Shown here: piece after piece, positions 20,205 through 31,172 of the stretch
How positions within the stretch are numbered: the first letter of the stretch is position 1
Layout: every line of letters begins with the position of its first letter
Assembly: GCA_963783575.1 (NCBI GenBank)
Contig: CAWAOD010000003.1
Span: forward strand, 128,001-192,000
Direction: 5' to 3'
DNA from: an uncultured Spirochaetota bacterium
Lineage (GTDB): Bacteria; Spirochaetota; Brevinematia; Brevinematales; JAOACQ01
DNA length: 64,000 nt
Program-made: the position numbers and the translations under genes
Notes under the pieces: model-generated
The model's database searches: none
Told to the model about the DNA's origin: nothing
What the model saw: only the letters and a program-made list of their open reading frames with translations

Positions 20205-22493
20205 ATGAACAGTCGGATAGTATTTAAATTATGCCTGACATTTCTTTTTATATTTATCTTTGGTTTGAGCTACGCAGCAAATATATCACTTGATGCATCT
20301 TTATATCAATCGGGCAGCAAATTCTTTTTAAAAATCGTTAATAAATCAAGTACACAATTCAGCACCGCGGGTTTGACATGGTATTTTAATACCGAACAGG
20401 CCGCGGCGCCTTTTCAATATACAATCGCCCCTTTTGAGACAAGGGATTTCGAAATTCCTGTCTCACCGCCTGCCGTTCAGGGAAGTTATAATCTACTTGC
20501 CGTATTGAATTATATGAATGAAAACTCTGCCTGTTCGGTCCTTGCTGGCAGGGTTGTAAGTTTCGGCGCCGAATCGCCGATTAAACCTGACGCCGCTATT
20601 AATGCCCCTCCGGTATTTAAAGAAGGAATAATTTCAATTAAAATGAACAACCCGGACGCAGTTACTACTGTCAGGGCTTTTTTCCCGGACCAGCTGCAGG
20701 TAATGGATACTTTAACAAATGGAAATACTATAAGTTATAAAATTTCAAATAAAAATCCCTCAATGAATAACTCGGCGGATATTTATGTTTTATTCGAAAA
20801 ATCCGGTATTAACGGCAACACCCCCATACATTCAGCTGGTTTTATATCTAAAACAATTAAGATGGGCCCTTTTTATACAATTCTAAATCAATCGATCATT
20901 TTCTGGTTTATAGCCACCCCTATTTTCCTTCTGGTATTTTCAATTATTTTCGCGGCCGGGTATTTTTACAAAAAGAAGGGAAAACCGGAAAAAGGGGAAT
21001 TGATACAGTACGTGTCTTTAATATTGTTCATATCTTTCTTTACGCGATTTTTTATCTATAATTACCCGTTCAATACATTCTGGGATGAGAATTACCATGT
21101 CGCCTCGGCGCAGAAATATATCGGTCATGTAATGTTCATGGAACCTCACCCGCCGCTTGGCAAAATGCTGATTTCGCTGGGTGAAATAATTTTGAATCCC
21201 AACCAGGGAATCGATACTTCTTCTTTTCTGACTACGGATTACATCACGACATTCCCTGACGGTTACTCGTTTCTTGGCGTCCGTTTTATACCGACACTCC
21301 TTTCGGTTCTTTCCTCAGTTCTTTTTTTCCTTATTTTGTTTTATTTATCAAAACATCTTCAGTATTCTTTCCTATTCAGCACACTATTCCTGTTCGACAA
21401 CGGTTTGATAATACACACCCGCTCGGCAATGCTTGAAGGCACCCAACTATTTTTCATCCTGCTGGCGGCTCTTTATTTTGTCATCATTTTTGCTAAAGCC
21501 GGTAAGAGGAAATGGACTGAATATTTATACCTTGGCTTGCTTACCGGCCTTGCCGTTTCCGTAAAATTAAACAGCATGGTTCTGCTTCTTCTTTTTGCCT
21601 GCCTTATCATTAAAGAGTATTTTAATGAAATTAAAGATTTGCCTTGGAAAAATTTAACAAATAAAGATGCGAGCGGAATATTTAAGACTTTATTTCGGGT
21701 CATGAAAGAATTTTTAATTAAAGCCGGCGTTTCACTGGCGGGGATCGCGTTTGTATTTCTGCTGGTTTATTATATCCATTTCTCTCTTGGTGAAAGAGTG
21801 CTATCCGGCCGTTATTACAGGGCTACAGATCAGTATAAGCTTATAATAAGCTCCGGGCAAACTGCAAACCCATTTAATTTTCCGATTATGCTCAGGGACA
21901 ACCTTGAGTACACCCATAACTATGAAAAAGGCGTTCCGCAATGGGATCCCTCAAAAAAAGACGAGAATGGAAGCCCTGCGATAGGATGGCCGGTTGGCTA
22001 TAAAAGCATTAATTACCGGTGGGAAAAATTCGGCGGTAAAGTCTCATATTTCTATTTTCAGGGTAACCCTGTCGTATGGTGGGCAGCGCTGGCGGGAATA
22101 ATCCTGTCGGCAGCTCTTATAATAAGCAGATATGTTTTCGGTTTCATGAAAAAAGACAATGAAAAACTAAATATGATCCTTGTTTTCACCCTGCTCTATT
22201 GCGCATATATGGGGGCTGTCCTCCGGATTACCAGGGTGATGTATCTTTATCATTATTTGATTCCTTTGATCTTTTCCCTGATTTTGTTTTATCTGCTGTT
22301 TTTATATTTATTCAAGGAATTGATTGAAAAAAATGACAAAGTTTTATATTATACGGTTATTCTTTTTTCAGCCGAAGTTTTTGCTGCGTACCTTTTTTTC
22401 GGTCCGTTAACATACGGATTACCGCTTTCTGCTGCCGATTTCATCAAAAGGGCCTGGCTGAAAGTCTGGGATTTGCATTATATTTATTTTTAA
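20205..22493 (+). CDS. Phospholipid-carrier-dependent glycosyltransferase (PMT/GT39-like) with extra N-terminal extracytoplasmic domain
   Basis: FWDENYHV (DE motif), EPHPPLGKMLI, GLAVSVK, GNPVVWW, RVMYLYHYLIPL, PLTYG; signal peptide plus ~200 aa beta-rich domain in front. Confidence 0.8.
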   Translation: MNSRIVFKLCLTFLFIFIFGLSYAANISLDASLYQSGSKFFLKIVNKSSTQFSTAGLTWYFNTEQAAAPFQYTIAPFETRDFEIPVSPPAVQGSYNLLAVLNYMNENSACSVLAGRVVSFGAESPIKPDAAINAPPVFKEGIISIKMNNPDAVTTVRAFFPDQLQVMDTLTNGNTISYKISNKNPSMNNSADIYVLFEKSGINGNTPIHSAGFISKTIKMGPFYTILNQSIIFWFIATPIFLLVFSIIFAAGYFYKKKGKPEKGELIQYVSLILFISFFTRFFIYNYPFNTFWDENYHVASAQKYIGHVMFMEPHPPLGKMLISLGEIILNPNQGIDTSSFLTTDYITTFPDGYSFLGVRFIPTLLSVLSSVLFFLILFYLSKHLQYSFLFSTLFLFDNGLIIHTRSAMLEGTQLFFILLAALYFVIIFAKAGKRKWTEYLYLGLLTGLAVSVKLNSMVLLLLFACLIIKEYFNEIKDLPWKNLTNKDASGIFKTLFRVMKEFLIKAGVSLAGIAFVFLLVYYIHFSLGERVLSGRYYRATDQYKLIISSGQTANPFNFPIMLRDNLEYTHNYEKGVPQWDPSKKDENGSPAIGWPVGYKSINYRWEKFGGKVSYFYFQGNPVVWWAALAGIILSAALIISRYVFGFMKKDNEKLNMILVFTLLYCAYMGAVLRITRVMYLYHYLIPLIFSLILFYLLFLYLFKELIEKNDKVLYYTVILFSAEVFAAYLFFGPLTYGLPLSAADFIKRAWLKVWDLHYIYF

Positions 22494-22593
22494 CAAGCAT
22501 GCAAGCATAATGCTTTTAATAAATTTATAGAAGAGTTCTGACTTTGATACATTGAGGTTCTGCCTCAAGTGTACTTTAAAAACCGAGGTTTTA

Positions 22594-23163
22594 ATGGATC
22601 ATATCCTGAAACTGAGAAACGGATTTTTATGCCTGTTGATTCTGTTTGCTTTATTTATGATTTATAAAATGCGGCCGCGGATTTCTTTTATAAACCCGAT
22701 AAAAATGCAATTGATAAAACAGAAGGGAAATATAAAAAGACTGGCCGATCCTCAAAATATTGATTTTGAAGTAAATTATAGAATCCCGACCGTGGATTTT
22801 GTGGAAGGAACCGAACTTTATCATAAAAAGCTAGGCCCGCTCGGCTTCCAGAACGATTTTTTCCTGGATATTACTTCAAAATTCATCGTTCTGAAAGAAG
22901 GGAATTACGAGTTCAGCATAGCCTCGGACGACGGTTTTCAGTTCTGGGTAAATGATAACCTGATAGGAGAATTCCTTGATAACAGGTCATTAGCGACAAA
23001 CCAGTTCAGTCTTTATTTGAAGCCGGGGGATTATTCATTCAGGATTTATTATTACCAGGGTTACGGCAGAATGGGCCTGTATGCCGGTTACAAATATACC
23101 GGCGATAACAGATATTATATAGTTGGAGAAAATTCGCCGTTTATGCGATTCCATGAAAAATAG
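22594..23163 (+). CDS. Membrane-anchored PA14 domain protein
   Basis: GNYEFSIASDDGFQFWVND...YSFRIYYYQGYG PA14 signature; N-terminal TM helix. Confidence 0.8.
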   Translation: MDHILKLRNGFLCLLILFALFMIYKMRPRISFINPIKMQLIKQKGNIKRLADPQNIDFEVNYRIPTVDFVEGTELYHKKLGPLGFQNDFFLDITSKFIVLKEGNYEFSIASDDGFQFWVNDNLIGEFLDNRSLATNQFSLYLKPGDYSFRIYYYQGYGRMGLYAGYKYTGDNRYYIVGENSPFMRFHEK

Positions 23164-23220
23164 CCCGTTTAAAAATAATCGGAAAGCTTATGAAAACAAT
23201 TCATTAGGAGTAAATTAATT

Positions 23221-24183
23221 ATGGGAGAATATTATCTTGATTTTGAAAAACCGATACAGGAGATAGAACAAAGCATTTCAGACCTGAAAGCTGTTGATAA
23301 GAAAGAGAAAAATGTCGACTTTTCAATCGAAATTGCCGAACTTGAAAAACAGAGGAATTTTATTCTGGAAACTATTTATAAAAATTTGACGCCCTGGCAG
23401 GTTGTCCAGGTTGCAAGGCATCCTGAACGGCCGCTTTTAACTGACTATATCAAAGGCATTTTCGACAGCTTCCTCGAATTTCATGGAGACAGGCTTTTTA
23501 AGGACGATAAATCAATAATAACCGGCTTTGCCAGTCTCGGCGGTGAGAATTATGTAATTATCGGACAGGAAAAAGGAAGAACCACTAAAGACAAAATTTT
23601 CAGGAACTTTGGAATGCCTCAGCCCGAGGGTTACCGCAAGGCGCTGAGGGCAATGAAGCTTGCTGAAAAATTCCATAAACCTATCCTTTCATTTGTAGAC
23701 ACTCCGGCAGCATATCCGGGGATGGAGAGCGAGGAAAGGGGCCAGGGAGAAGCAATCGCTAAAAATCTTTTTGAGATGTCCGCATTAAAAACTCCGATAA
23801 TCGTTACGGTGCTTGGAGAAGGTGGAAGCGGCGGAGCGCTTGCCATTGCGATTGGGGACCGCGTTCTTATGCTGGAAAATGCAATCTACTCCGTTATTCC
23901 CCCAGAAGGCTGCGCGTCAATTCTATGGAAAGACGCCGGAAAAAAGGAAAAAGCGGCTAAAGCGCTTAAATTGACGTCAAAAGATCTGCTTAAACTGGAT
24001 ATAATCGAGGAAATAATACCGGAACCACTCGGCGGAGCTCACAGGAATTTTAATGATACCCTTCAAAATGTAAAAGAAGCTATTTTAAAAAATATTGCCG
24101 AGATCAAAAAAATACCCATAAATAAGCTTGTACAGAAGAGATATGAACGATTCAGGAAACTTGGAAGGTATAATGAAGGATAA
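23221..24183 (+). CDS. accA: Acetyl-CoA carboxylase carboxyltransferase alpha subunit
   Basis: LDFEKPI, LTPWQVVQVARHPERP, RNFGMPQPEGYRKALR, GEGGSGGALA, SVIPPEGCASILW. Confidence 0.97.
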   Translation: MGEYYLDFEKPIQEIEQSISDLKAVDKKEKNVDFSIEIAELEKQRNFILETIYKNLTPWQVVQVARHPERPLLTDYIKGIFDSFLEFHGDRLFKDDKSIITGFASLGGENYVIIGQEKGRTTKDKIFRNFGMPQPEGYRKALRAMKLAEKFHKPILSFVDTPAAYPGMESEERGQGEAIAKNLFEMSALKTPIIVTVLGEGGSGGALAIAIGDRVLMLENAIYSVIPPEGCASILWKDAGKKEKAAKALKLTSKDLLKLDIIEEIIPEPLGGAHRNFNDTLQNVKEAILKNIAEIKKIPINKLVQKRYERFRKLGRYNEG

Positions 24184-24215
24184 GAATATATATTTTTTCT
24201 TGGAGGAAAACAGAT

Positions 24216-25983
24216 ATGTCAAAATTGACAGATGAATTATTAACGATGGAAGGACATAATTCCATTTTTGAACAGGAAATCCGAAAATTAAAAGTACCGG
24301 TCTGCAGTATTTTTTTAAAAAACAGTAAAATATTGCCCGCGTCATTCACAAAGGCTATGAAAACTCTTGGAACCGGTGATGTTGAAAATGTCAATAAAGA
24401 ATTTCCAAAAACCGTTAAAATGACCGAAAACCGCGTACTTGAAGGTAAAAATTCAGATAACGCACCGGCTTCGGGAAAAAAGAGTGGCCGTTTTATTTTC
24501 GGGAGGACCGGCGGCTGGCGGTCATAATGTAATAGTTGGGCTGATCAAGGTTCTTGGAAAGGATAATAAGTTATTCGGCGTTCAGGGCGGACCGAAGGGA
24601 TTGATTGACGGCAAGCTTTTTGAAATAAAAGAAGAAGATATTCTTCAGGTCATAAATACCGGCGGTTTTGATTTTCTCGGCTCCGACAGGACCAAGATCA
24701 AAACCGATGAACAGTTCGCAGCAGTTAAAAAAACGGCAAAAGATTTTCAATTGAACGGTATTGTTGTTGTCGGCGGAGACGACTCAAATACAAATGCCGC
24801 GATACTCGCCGAACTTCTATATGACGAAGGCGTGCAGGTTATCGGAGTGCCTAAAACAATCGACGGCGATCTTCAAATGGGCGACATGCTCCCGATATCC
24901 TTCGGTTTCGATACTGCCACTAAAATTTATGCCGAAATGGTGGGAAATATACTTCAGGATACGCCATCATCCAGAAAATACTGGCATTTTATTAAGCTTA
25001 TGGGCAGATCGGCCAGTCACGTGGCTTTGGAAGTTGCCCTCCAGACAAAACCAGCTATAACATTGATTTCTGAGGAAGTCGAAGAAAAGAAAATGTCTCT
25101 TTCGGAAATTGTGGCAAATATCTGCGATACCGTGGCAAAGCGCGCGGCAAAAGGAATTAATCACGGCGTTGTTGTGGTACCGGAAGGATTGATTGAGTTT
25201 ATACCGGAAATGAAAGATCTAATCGCGGAACTCAATGAAATAATTGCTGAGTTCGGCGAAGATTTAAGCAGGATAGCTTTCTTTGAGGGCAAAAAAGATT
25301 TCCTGTATAAAAAAATGACTGCCGATTCGGCAAAACTTATGGCATCACTGCCCGATGAATTTGAAAAGATGCTTCTCCTGGACAGGGATTCCCATGGCAA
25401 CCTTCAGGTTTCCCAAATACCGACAGAAAGGCTTTTGATCCAGATGGCTGAGGAAAAGCTTCAGGAAATGAAGCGCCATCCTGATGAATTCAAGCATCTT
25501 AACCTGAACCAGGGTGAGGCAAAGAAATTCATGGAATCAAAATTCGCTACAAATTCACACTTTTTCGGTTATGAAGGCCGCTGCGGCGCACCGACATTGT
25601 TTGACGCCGCATATACCCTCAACCTCGGATTAACAGCCGGTTCACTTATTCTGGACGGAAGAACGGGATACATTGCTTCCATTTCCGATCTTGATAAGGG
25701 CGGGAAGGTTCTTGCGCTTCCATTAACGGGTCTTTTGAATATCGAAAGAAGGCATGGGAAAAATGAGATGGTAATTAAAAAGGGCCTGGTTGAAACCGGT
25801 TCCCCCGCTTTCCAGTATTTTGCGAACCGCCGCAGCGAATGGGCTGCTAAAGATTATTTTACAAGCCCCGGCCCAAGACAGCTCTGGGGCCCCGTATCAA
25901 AACAGCTTCCGATGACCATAGCGCTTAACCGCTATTACGATTCAATCAGGTTTGACCTGGGCGCTGAAACAAAAATAGGCTGA
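24216..25983 (+). CDS. pfp: PPi-dependent phosphofructokinase, long type; +1 frameshift at A6 run 24476-24481
   Basis: VLFSGGPAAGGHNVI, GGDDSNTNAA, PKTIDGDL, KLMGRSASH, FFGYEGRC; removing one A joins ASGK to RVAVLFSGG. Confidence 0.92.
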
Positions 25984-26025
25984 GTTTAATAATAAGTTTA
26001 ATCCGCATATTTATTTATTTGAACA

Positions 26026-26877
26026 TTATTGATTGTGATTCAACGTAAATGATATGCGGGTTTTGTACAAATCCGCAAGATCCTTTTCATCCTCTATGAT
26101 CAATGTATCTTCAGAGTGTGCTTTTGAATATCCTCTGAAAAAGTAGTTTATACCGCCGCCTCCCGGTTCGCCCTTCCAGGCTTTGATATTGAGCTTCTGC
26201 TCATAGAAATTCTTTACATTTTCCATTGAATCACGAGTCAAAAAGTAATGATAAAAAATCCCGCCTCCAATAGTCGATGAACGGGATGAATCATATACCG
26301 ATTCCGGAAATTTGGAAACGCCGAGTTCATCTTCGGAGGGAATAATATTTGGAACCGATTTTGAATAAGTTTTACCCATAATGCCAACCTGGGTATTATA
26401 ACCTTTTTTATAGTAAAAATTACATATTGTGATTTCAATAAAATTAATATCCCCGCCCGGGCTTTTCCTGTACCAATGAAAAGTATGGACAACGCCTCCG
26501 GAAACTGTCATGGACTCATAATACACAGGTGTCGAATCTCCGGGTTTTAGCAAAAGGGGATCGACAGAAATCCACTTTTGATAGTTCATATTAACACCAT
26601 TCAATTTTTTTAAATAAAACCCATATACGATATCCCTTTTTTCCGCGGTAATATAACAGTTTGTAAAACCGTCTTTAACCGGCGGGTTTCCCGGCAGTGC
26701 CCTAAGAGTTTCCTGAATAATCCCGCCTAAACTATAGGGTTTTGGCTGTTCATAAATTTCAGAACCCGGGAATAAGGGTATGTTTATATCAGAGTATTGT
26801 ACCTGATCTGCAATTATCGGAGATTTAATCAAAACTAAAAAGACCGCTAAAGCAACAGGAAAAAATATTTTTATCAT
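26026..26877 (-). CDS. Hypothetical secreted protein (two loosely repeated domains)
   Basis: Signal peptide; IPLFPGSE..T.E.RDIVYGFY.KKL and VSKFPESV..TRDSMENVKNFYEQKL; GGAG RBS before ATG 26877. Confidence 0.6.
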   Translation of the reverse strand: MIKIFFPVALAVFLVLIKSPIIADQVQYSDINIPLFPGSEIYEQPKPYSLGGIIQETLRALPGNPPVKDGFTNCYITAEKRDIVYGFYLKKLNGVNMNYQKWISVDPLLLKPGDSTPVYYESMTVSGGVVHTFHWYRKSPGGDINFIEITICNFYYKKGYNTQVGIMGKTYSKSVPNIIPSEDELGVSKFPESVYDSSRSSTIGGGIFYHYFLTRDSMENVKNFYEQKLNIKAWKGEPGGGGINYFFRGYSKAHSEDTLIIEDEKDLADLYKTRISFTLNHNQ

Positions 26878-27026
26878 ATTCAAACTCCCAAAATTCATTT
26901 TTTCAGAACAGCCTGATTGTTTGTTTAATGGCCATCTAATAATTATATACTAAATTTAATATTCTGTATAATCTTCTTCCACAAAAAAGAATTTTTTTAA
27001 TAAATTTGGAAGGAATGAAATAAATT

Positions 27027-27488
27027 TTATGCCTGTCTTAAAGTTTCTATGTCAATTTTGTCCATTTTAAGCATCGCCGAAAAGGCTCTTTTTGATTTCT
27101 CAGGATCCTTATTATTCATTATCTCGCCTAAAGCAGCCGGAACAATCTGCCAAGAGAGGCCATATTTATCTTTCAGCCAGCCGCATTGTCCCGTTTTTCC
27201 GCCTTCCGAAAGCTTCTCCCACATTTCATCCACTTCATCCTGATTCTTACAATTTACAAACAGAGATATTGCTTCAGTGAAAGGAAATTGAGGGCCGCCG
27301 TCTATCGCCATAAAATCCTGGCCATCAAGCTGGAATACAGCGGTCAAAACCTTCCCCTTTTGTTCCGGTACATCATCTCCATATCGAGTAATGCTAACAA
27401 TCTTGGAATTTTTAAAGATAGAAACATAAAAATTGATAGCCTCTTCGGCTTTACCGTCAAACCACAGGAATGGAGTTATTTTTTTCAT
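27027..27488 (-). CDS. VOC / PhnB-like (3-demethylubiquinone-9 3-methyltransferase family) protein
   Basis: KITPFLWFDGKAEEAINFY, FTEAISLFVNC, QCGWLKDKYGLSWQIVP; AGGAGG RBS. Confidence 0.92.
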   Translation of the reverse strand: MKKITPFLWFDGKAEEAINFYVSIFKNSKIVSITRYGDDVPEQKGKVLTAVFQLDGQDFMAIDGGPQFPFTEAISLFVNCKNQDEVDEMWEKLSEGGKTGQCGWLKDKYGLSWQIVPAALGEIMNNKDPEKSKRAFSAMLKMDKIDIETLRQA

Positions 27489-27716
27489 ACAATTACCTCC
27501 TGGATTGAGTATATTGGCAGCCTTCATAATCAATCCATTTTTCAATTTAAAAATTAGCATAATAAATTCATTTTGACAAGTTGAAAGGTTTAAATTACTA
27601 AGATAAAAAATTTAAATCGGCGGGTAAGGAAAAGTAAAGTAAATAATTTCAAATTTAGACATTTTGTTAGCATATTTCAAACCCGGTAATCACTTTACTA
27701 ACACCGTGAGTGCATA

Positions 27717-27920
27717 TTAATTTTTGCCTTTTTGCATCCTCCAAGCGCCCAGGTTTAGAATGATGCCTACTACGAAAGCAATTGCACCGTTAATAACCCA
27801 TAGCATTTTCCCCGACATAACGCTGCCCGGAAGAACATTAATCCCCTGGAGAAACCATATTAAACCCATTAATGCCAATAAAATACCTATTATAATGATT
27901 ACAATTTTTAAAATTTTGAT
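27717..27920 (-). CDS. Small two-TM membrane protein (67 aa), not in the ORF track, apparent ATC start
   Basis: AGGAGG-6 nt-ATC then KILKIVIIIIGILLALMGLIWFLQGINVLPGSVMSGKMLWVINGAIAFVVGIILNLGAWRMQKGKN*. Confidence 0.7.
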   Translation of the reverse strand: MKILKIVIIIIGILLALMGLIWFLQGINVLPGSVMSGKMLWVINGAIAFVVGIILNLGAWRMQKGKN

Positions 27921-28038
27921 ATTGCACCTCCTAAATTTTAAATATTTTATCTTAAATGATATATTAATGTCAATAATTTTTGAAATAATTTAATTATAAT
28001 TTTTTATTTAAATAAAATACGGCAGCCCAAGTAAGCTC

Positions 28039-28118
28039 GGGAGCACGGATGCTCCATGAAATCCTCTCTTTAGCCAATAAAACCGCCGAACGATAGTTCG
28101 GCAGCGCAACGATTGCGC
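28039..28118 (+). repeat. Three-hairpin dispersed element, copy C
   Basis: GGAGCA-cgga-TGCTCC, 29 nt, GCCGAAC-gata-GTTCGGC, GCGCAA-cga-TTGCGC; abuts the stop codon at 28119. Confidence 0.8.
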
Positions 28119-29636
28119 CTAGAACCCCCAATACAACTCTGCTCCAACATTATACATATAAAACCCGAGCTCCCCCGGGTATCTGCCCAGCTCCTTACCG
28201 TAATAGGTCAGGTTCAATTTCAGATGAGCGTAAGTTAACGGAAATGCGAAATAGGAAATGGTCCTGATCCAGGATATTTTTTCAAGCCAGGCAAAAGTTA
28301 AATGAAGCGTTGCGCCCAGAGTAGGATAGCCCTGGTTTATACCTGCACCGATATGCAGCGTATCGAATAAAATTTTTGAATCAATGCCAAGATGAAGTTT
28401 TGAAAAAAAAGACACCGGATAAGTATAAAACATATCATCCATTTGAAAATAAATTGCCGGTTCATTTACAAACAATGTAACAATGTCCGGGAGCAGAAAA
28501 GTGTATTTCATACCTAGTGAAAGATCCGGAGGCAGCCAGCCTAATTGTTTTGACTTTGTCCAGTAAATTGGAGACAAAATGTCCGAAAGTTTAGCCGCAA
28601 TTGTAAACTCTTCAGTTACTGCCTTTGTCATTCCTATATCCAGTGCTGTTCCCCAGCCTTCCTTAACGATATTACCGTTAAGAAAAGGCGATATATCAAA
28701 TACGTTTGATGAAGTATTGTAGCGCTGAACATAATTTGTTATTTCCGATGTAAACTCCATGTAATCCTGAAGATTGGAAGCTTCTCCGGTAAGCAAATAA
28801 TATCCCCTTAAGGTAAAACCAAGGTTGAATTTCTCAATGAAGGGAAGCGTCATTTCACCTCCGCCAAGTGAAACAGCGGCGCCGGTCTGAAAATTCAATT
28901 TTATCACAGGATCATTCAGGAAAAAAACCAGGCTTCTGTCTGTTCCGAGAAGCCCCGCATAACCGTCCAGTGTTGTGTAAGCGCAAAAACCTATACCGTT
29001 TCTATACAATGACAGCCAGTTTAAATTATACATTGCGTAACCGCCGAGCTGGTCATACTGAAGGATATACGGCATGGCATTGGTCAAGTTGCCTTGCTGA
29101 CCGGATTTATCGAAGAGCGGGTATAAGTCAAGCATACCCAGCGAAAGGAAATTGAGATAACTTATTAAATCGGAGAAATTGAAAATATTTAAAACCGGCA
29201 GAGGGATGGTTGAATTTAAATCCGCATTTGACAATGAGCCTTTCAATTGAGGAATGGCTTTGCGGGATGCGTTCAGAAAATCCGATGTAAAACCGATTCC
29301 GGTGTAGGAATCAAGAATAAAAATCCTTCCGGGATGATAGTTGATTTCAAAGGCTTTCGGATCATACGCGACATCTATCGGATCGGGTATCATTTCTTCA
29401 AAACCGTTAATGTCATTCCGGTCTGGCTCATCGCTTTCCATAAAAAGCCTCGAATCAGTCTTGATTCTACCGTATTCAACCATTAACGCAGGGTTATTGA
29501 TCCCCGTAAAAGGCCCGTCTTTATCAAAAAGAGTGACTCCTCCGATAAATCCGGTATCCATTGACTCGAGATCAAGAGAATAGAAAATCGAAGCGCAGGT
29601 AAAGAAAATAAATAAAAAAAATATTATAAGTTTCAT
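28119..29636 (-). CDS. Putative outer-membrane beta-barrel protein (TraF/FadL-like fold)
   Basis: Signal peptide, early NNPAL motif, amphipathic strands (GWGTALDIGM, KLHLGID, GINQGYPTLG, YYGKELG.YPG), C-terminal YWGF. Confidence 0.55.
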   Translation of the reverse strand: MKLIIFFLFIFFTCASIFYSLDLESMDTGFIGGVTLFDKDGPFTGINNPALMVEYGRIKTDSRLFMESDEPDRNDINGFEEMIPDPIDVAYDPKAFEINYHPGRIFILDSYTGIGFTSDFLNASRKAIPQLKGSLSNADLNSTIPLPVLNIFNFSDLISYLNFLSLGMLDLYPLFDKSGQQGNLTNAMPYILQYDQLGGYAMYNLNWLSLYRNGIGFCAYTTLDGYAGLLGTDRSLVFFLNDPVIKLNFQTGAAVSLGGGEMTLPFIEKFNLGFTLRGYYLLTGEASNLQDYMEFTSEITNYVQRYNTSSNVFDISPFLNGNIVKEGWGTALDIGMTKAVTEEFTIAAKLSDILSPIYWTKSKQLGWLPPDLSLGMKYTFLLPDIVTLFVNEPAIYFQMDDMFYTYPVSFFSKLHLGIDSKILFDTLHIGAGINQGYPTLGATLHLTFAWLEKISWIRTISYFAFPLTYAHLKLNLTYYGKELGRYPGELGFYMYNVGAELYWGF

Positions 29637-29652
29637 ATAATATTACTTCAAA

Positions 29653-30021
29653 TCATTGCAGATCGTTAATCAAATTACTCGCATTGGTCACATCCGGCGA
29701 ATTTACTACATTGCTTATCTGCGCCAGCGAATTGCTGATGATAAAAGTCACCGTATTTGAATCATTAATCAGATTATTGGACAAAATCGTGATCTCATTG
29801 CTGATTTCAATAAGATCATTTGACAATTTTGTGAAATTTGAATTAGGGATGAATGACGGAGGAATATCAGTATTGGTATCAAAATAATACATTAAATTAG
29901 TATTAGTTATGTTTAACGGATCATTAGTCAAACTAACTAAATTACTTATTTTATTAATGTTGCTAATAGCATTATTTGCCAGAACACTAGCTTGATTTGA
30001 TAAGTCCGGCAAGTTAGTCAT
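29653..30021 (-). CDS. Asn-rich hypothetical protein; possibly the frameshifted C-terminus of the upstream lipoprotein
   Basis: TAATG overlap with the upstream stop, no RBS; adding one G to the G5 run (~30043-30047) fuses the two ORFs. Confidence 0.45.
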   Translation of the reverse strand: MTNLPDLSNQASVLANNAISNINKISNLVSLTNDPLNITNTNLMYYFDTNTDIPPSFIPNSNFTKLSNDLIEISNEITILSNNLINDSNTVTFIISNSLAQISNVVNSPDVTNASNLINDLQ

Positions 30022-31151
30022 TATATCGTAAATAAAGAGGAGCCCCCTTTAATTCCGCCGTTTGTACCGAATGTGTTATGAGTATTCCATGGCGTAGGAT
30101 TATAATTGCCTATACTTGTAATATAATTATAACTCCCTACGATAACAAAATGAAAATTGTTCATAACCTTACCGATAGCATCAGGCACTAATTTTCCAGT
30201 ATTTAACCTTTTAAAATAATTTGTCAAAATGCTCCTCGCGTTTGTATTGCTCATAGCATCCATAATTTCATCATAAAGATCGGCATAACCGTTATTTGTC
30301 CGGTAACCGTAGTCAGCATTAATCATTTTGAGATAATTTGAAGGTCTTATAACCGTATTATCTATTTTATCAGCGTAAGACAAATTATTAAAAACAAATT
30401 TATCAATCCCCATAACCTTTTCAATATTTTCATGGGCATTGGACAATTTATCAAGATTGGTTAAAACATCATTGGTTGAGAAGTTTGTCGATATGTTAGT
30501 CGTATCCATCAAATTAGAGATGATTTTATTATAATCGAAATTTGGGACCACATTCATGTTATCATTGGAAACAATTATGTAATCGTTGCTGTCGGCATAG
30601 ATTGAATTCCCGTCAGAATCCAGAAGATCAAGAAACAATGATGACATGTAAGCCATAAGAAGGATCTGGTTAATCTCCATATTATCGGGCGGGACAGCCT
30701 TATCGCCCTGGCCGTTTATTATGCCGTTGGGACTGTCAAGGACTCCGATTATATCCTTAAAAACCGTGGAAGTAGAGTACTTCATTAATATTTTTCCAGC
30801 ATCATCGGTATTAAGGGCATTGATTATATCGGCAGTTGTTTTTAACTCCCGCATTGAAAGATATATCAGTAAATCGGGCAGGAAAACCCTCATTTTTGTC
30901 CTGGCATAACCGAGGCGGGCCTTTGAATTTCCCGGATTTAAATTAATCGCGTTGGAATATTCTATCAAAGCCGCCGGATAATTTTGCTGGTTGTAATATT
31001 GATCTCCTCTCTGCGTATAATCTGAAGCCGAATAGCCTTCCATCGGCGGATTTATAGCCACAAATACATTGCAGGAAACTATTAATAAAAGTATAAAAAA
31101 AATGAATATGATATAGGCATAAAAAAAGAAGCCTTTTTTAAAACCGGACAT
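30021..31151 (-). CDS. Lipoprotein with N-terminal TPR motif
   Basis: Lipobox-like IVSC; YTQRGDQYYNQQNYPAALIEYSNAINLNPGNSKARLGYA TPR. Confidence 0.65.
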   Translation of the reverse strand: MSGFKKGFFFYAYIIFIFFILLLIVSCNVFVAINPPMEGYSASDYTQRGDQYYNQQNYPAALIEYSNAINLNPGNSKARLGYARTKMRVFLPDLLIYLSMRELKTTADIINALNTDDAGKILMKYSTSTVFKDIIGVLDSPNGIINGQGDKAVPPDNMEINQILLMAYMSSLFLDLLDSDGNSIYADSNDYIIVSNDNMNVVPNFDYNKIISNLMDTTNISTNFSTNDVLTNLDKLSNAHENIEKVMGIDKFVFNNLSYADKIDNTVIRPSNYLKMINADYGYRTNNGYADLYDEIMDAMSNTNARSILTNYFKRLNTGKLVPDAIGKVMNNFHFVIVGSYNYITSIGNYNPTPWNTHNTFGTNGGIKGGSSLFTI

Positions 31152-31172
31152 TTATAACTGCTCCTTTTCAGA

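Noticed and set aside
27724..27993. Plus-strand 89-aa ORF
   Set aside because: It is the shadow of the better-supported minus-strand membrane gene at 27717-27920.
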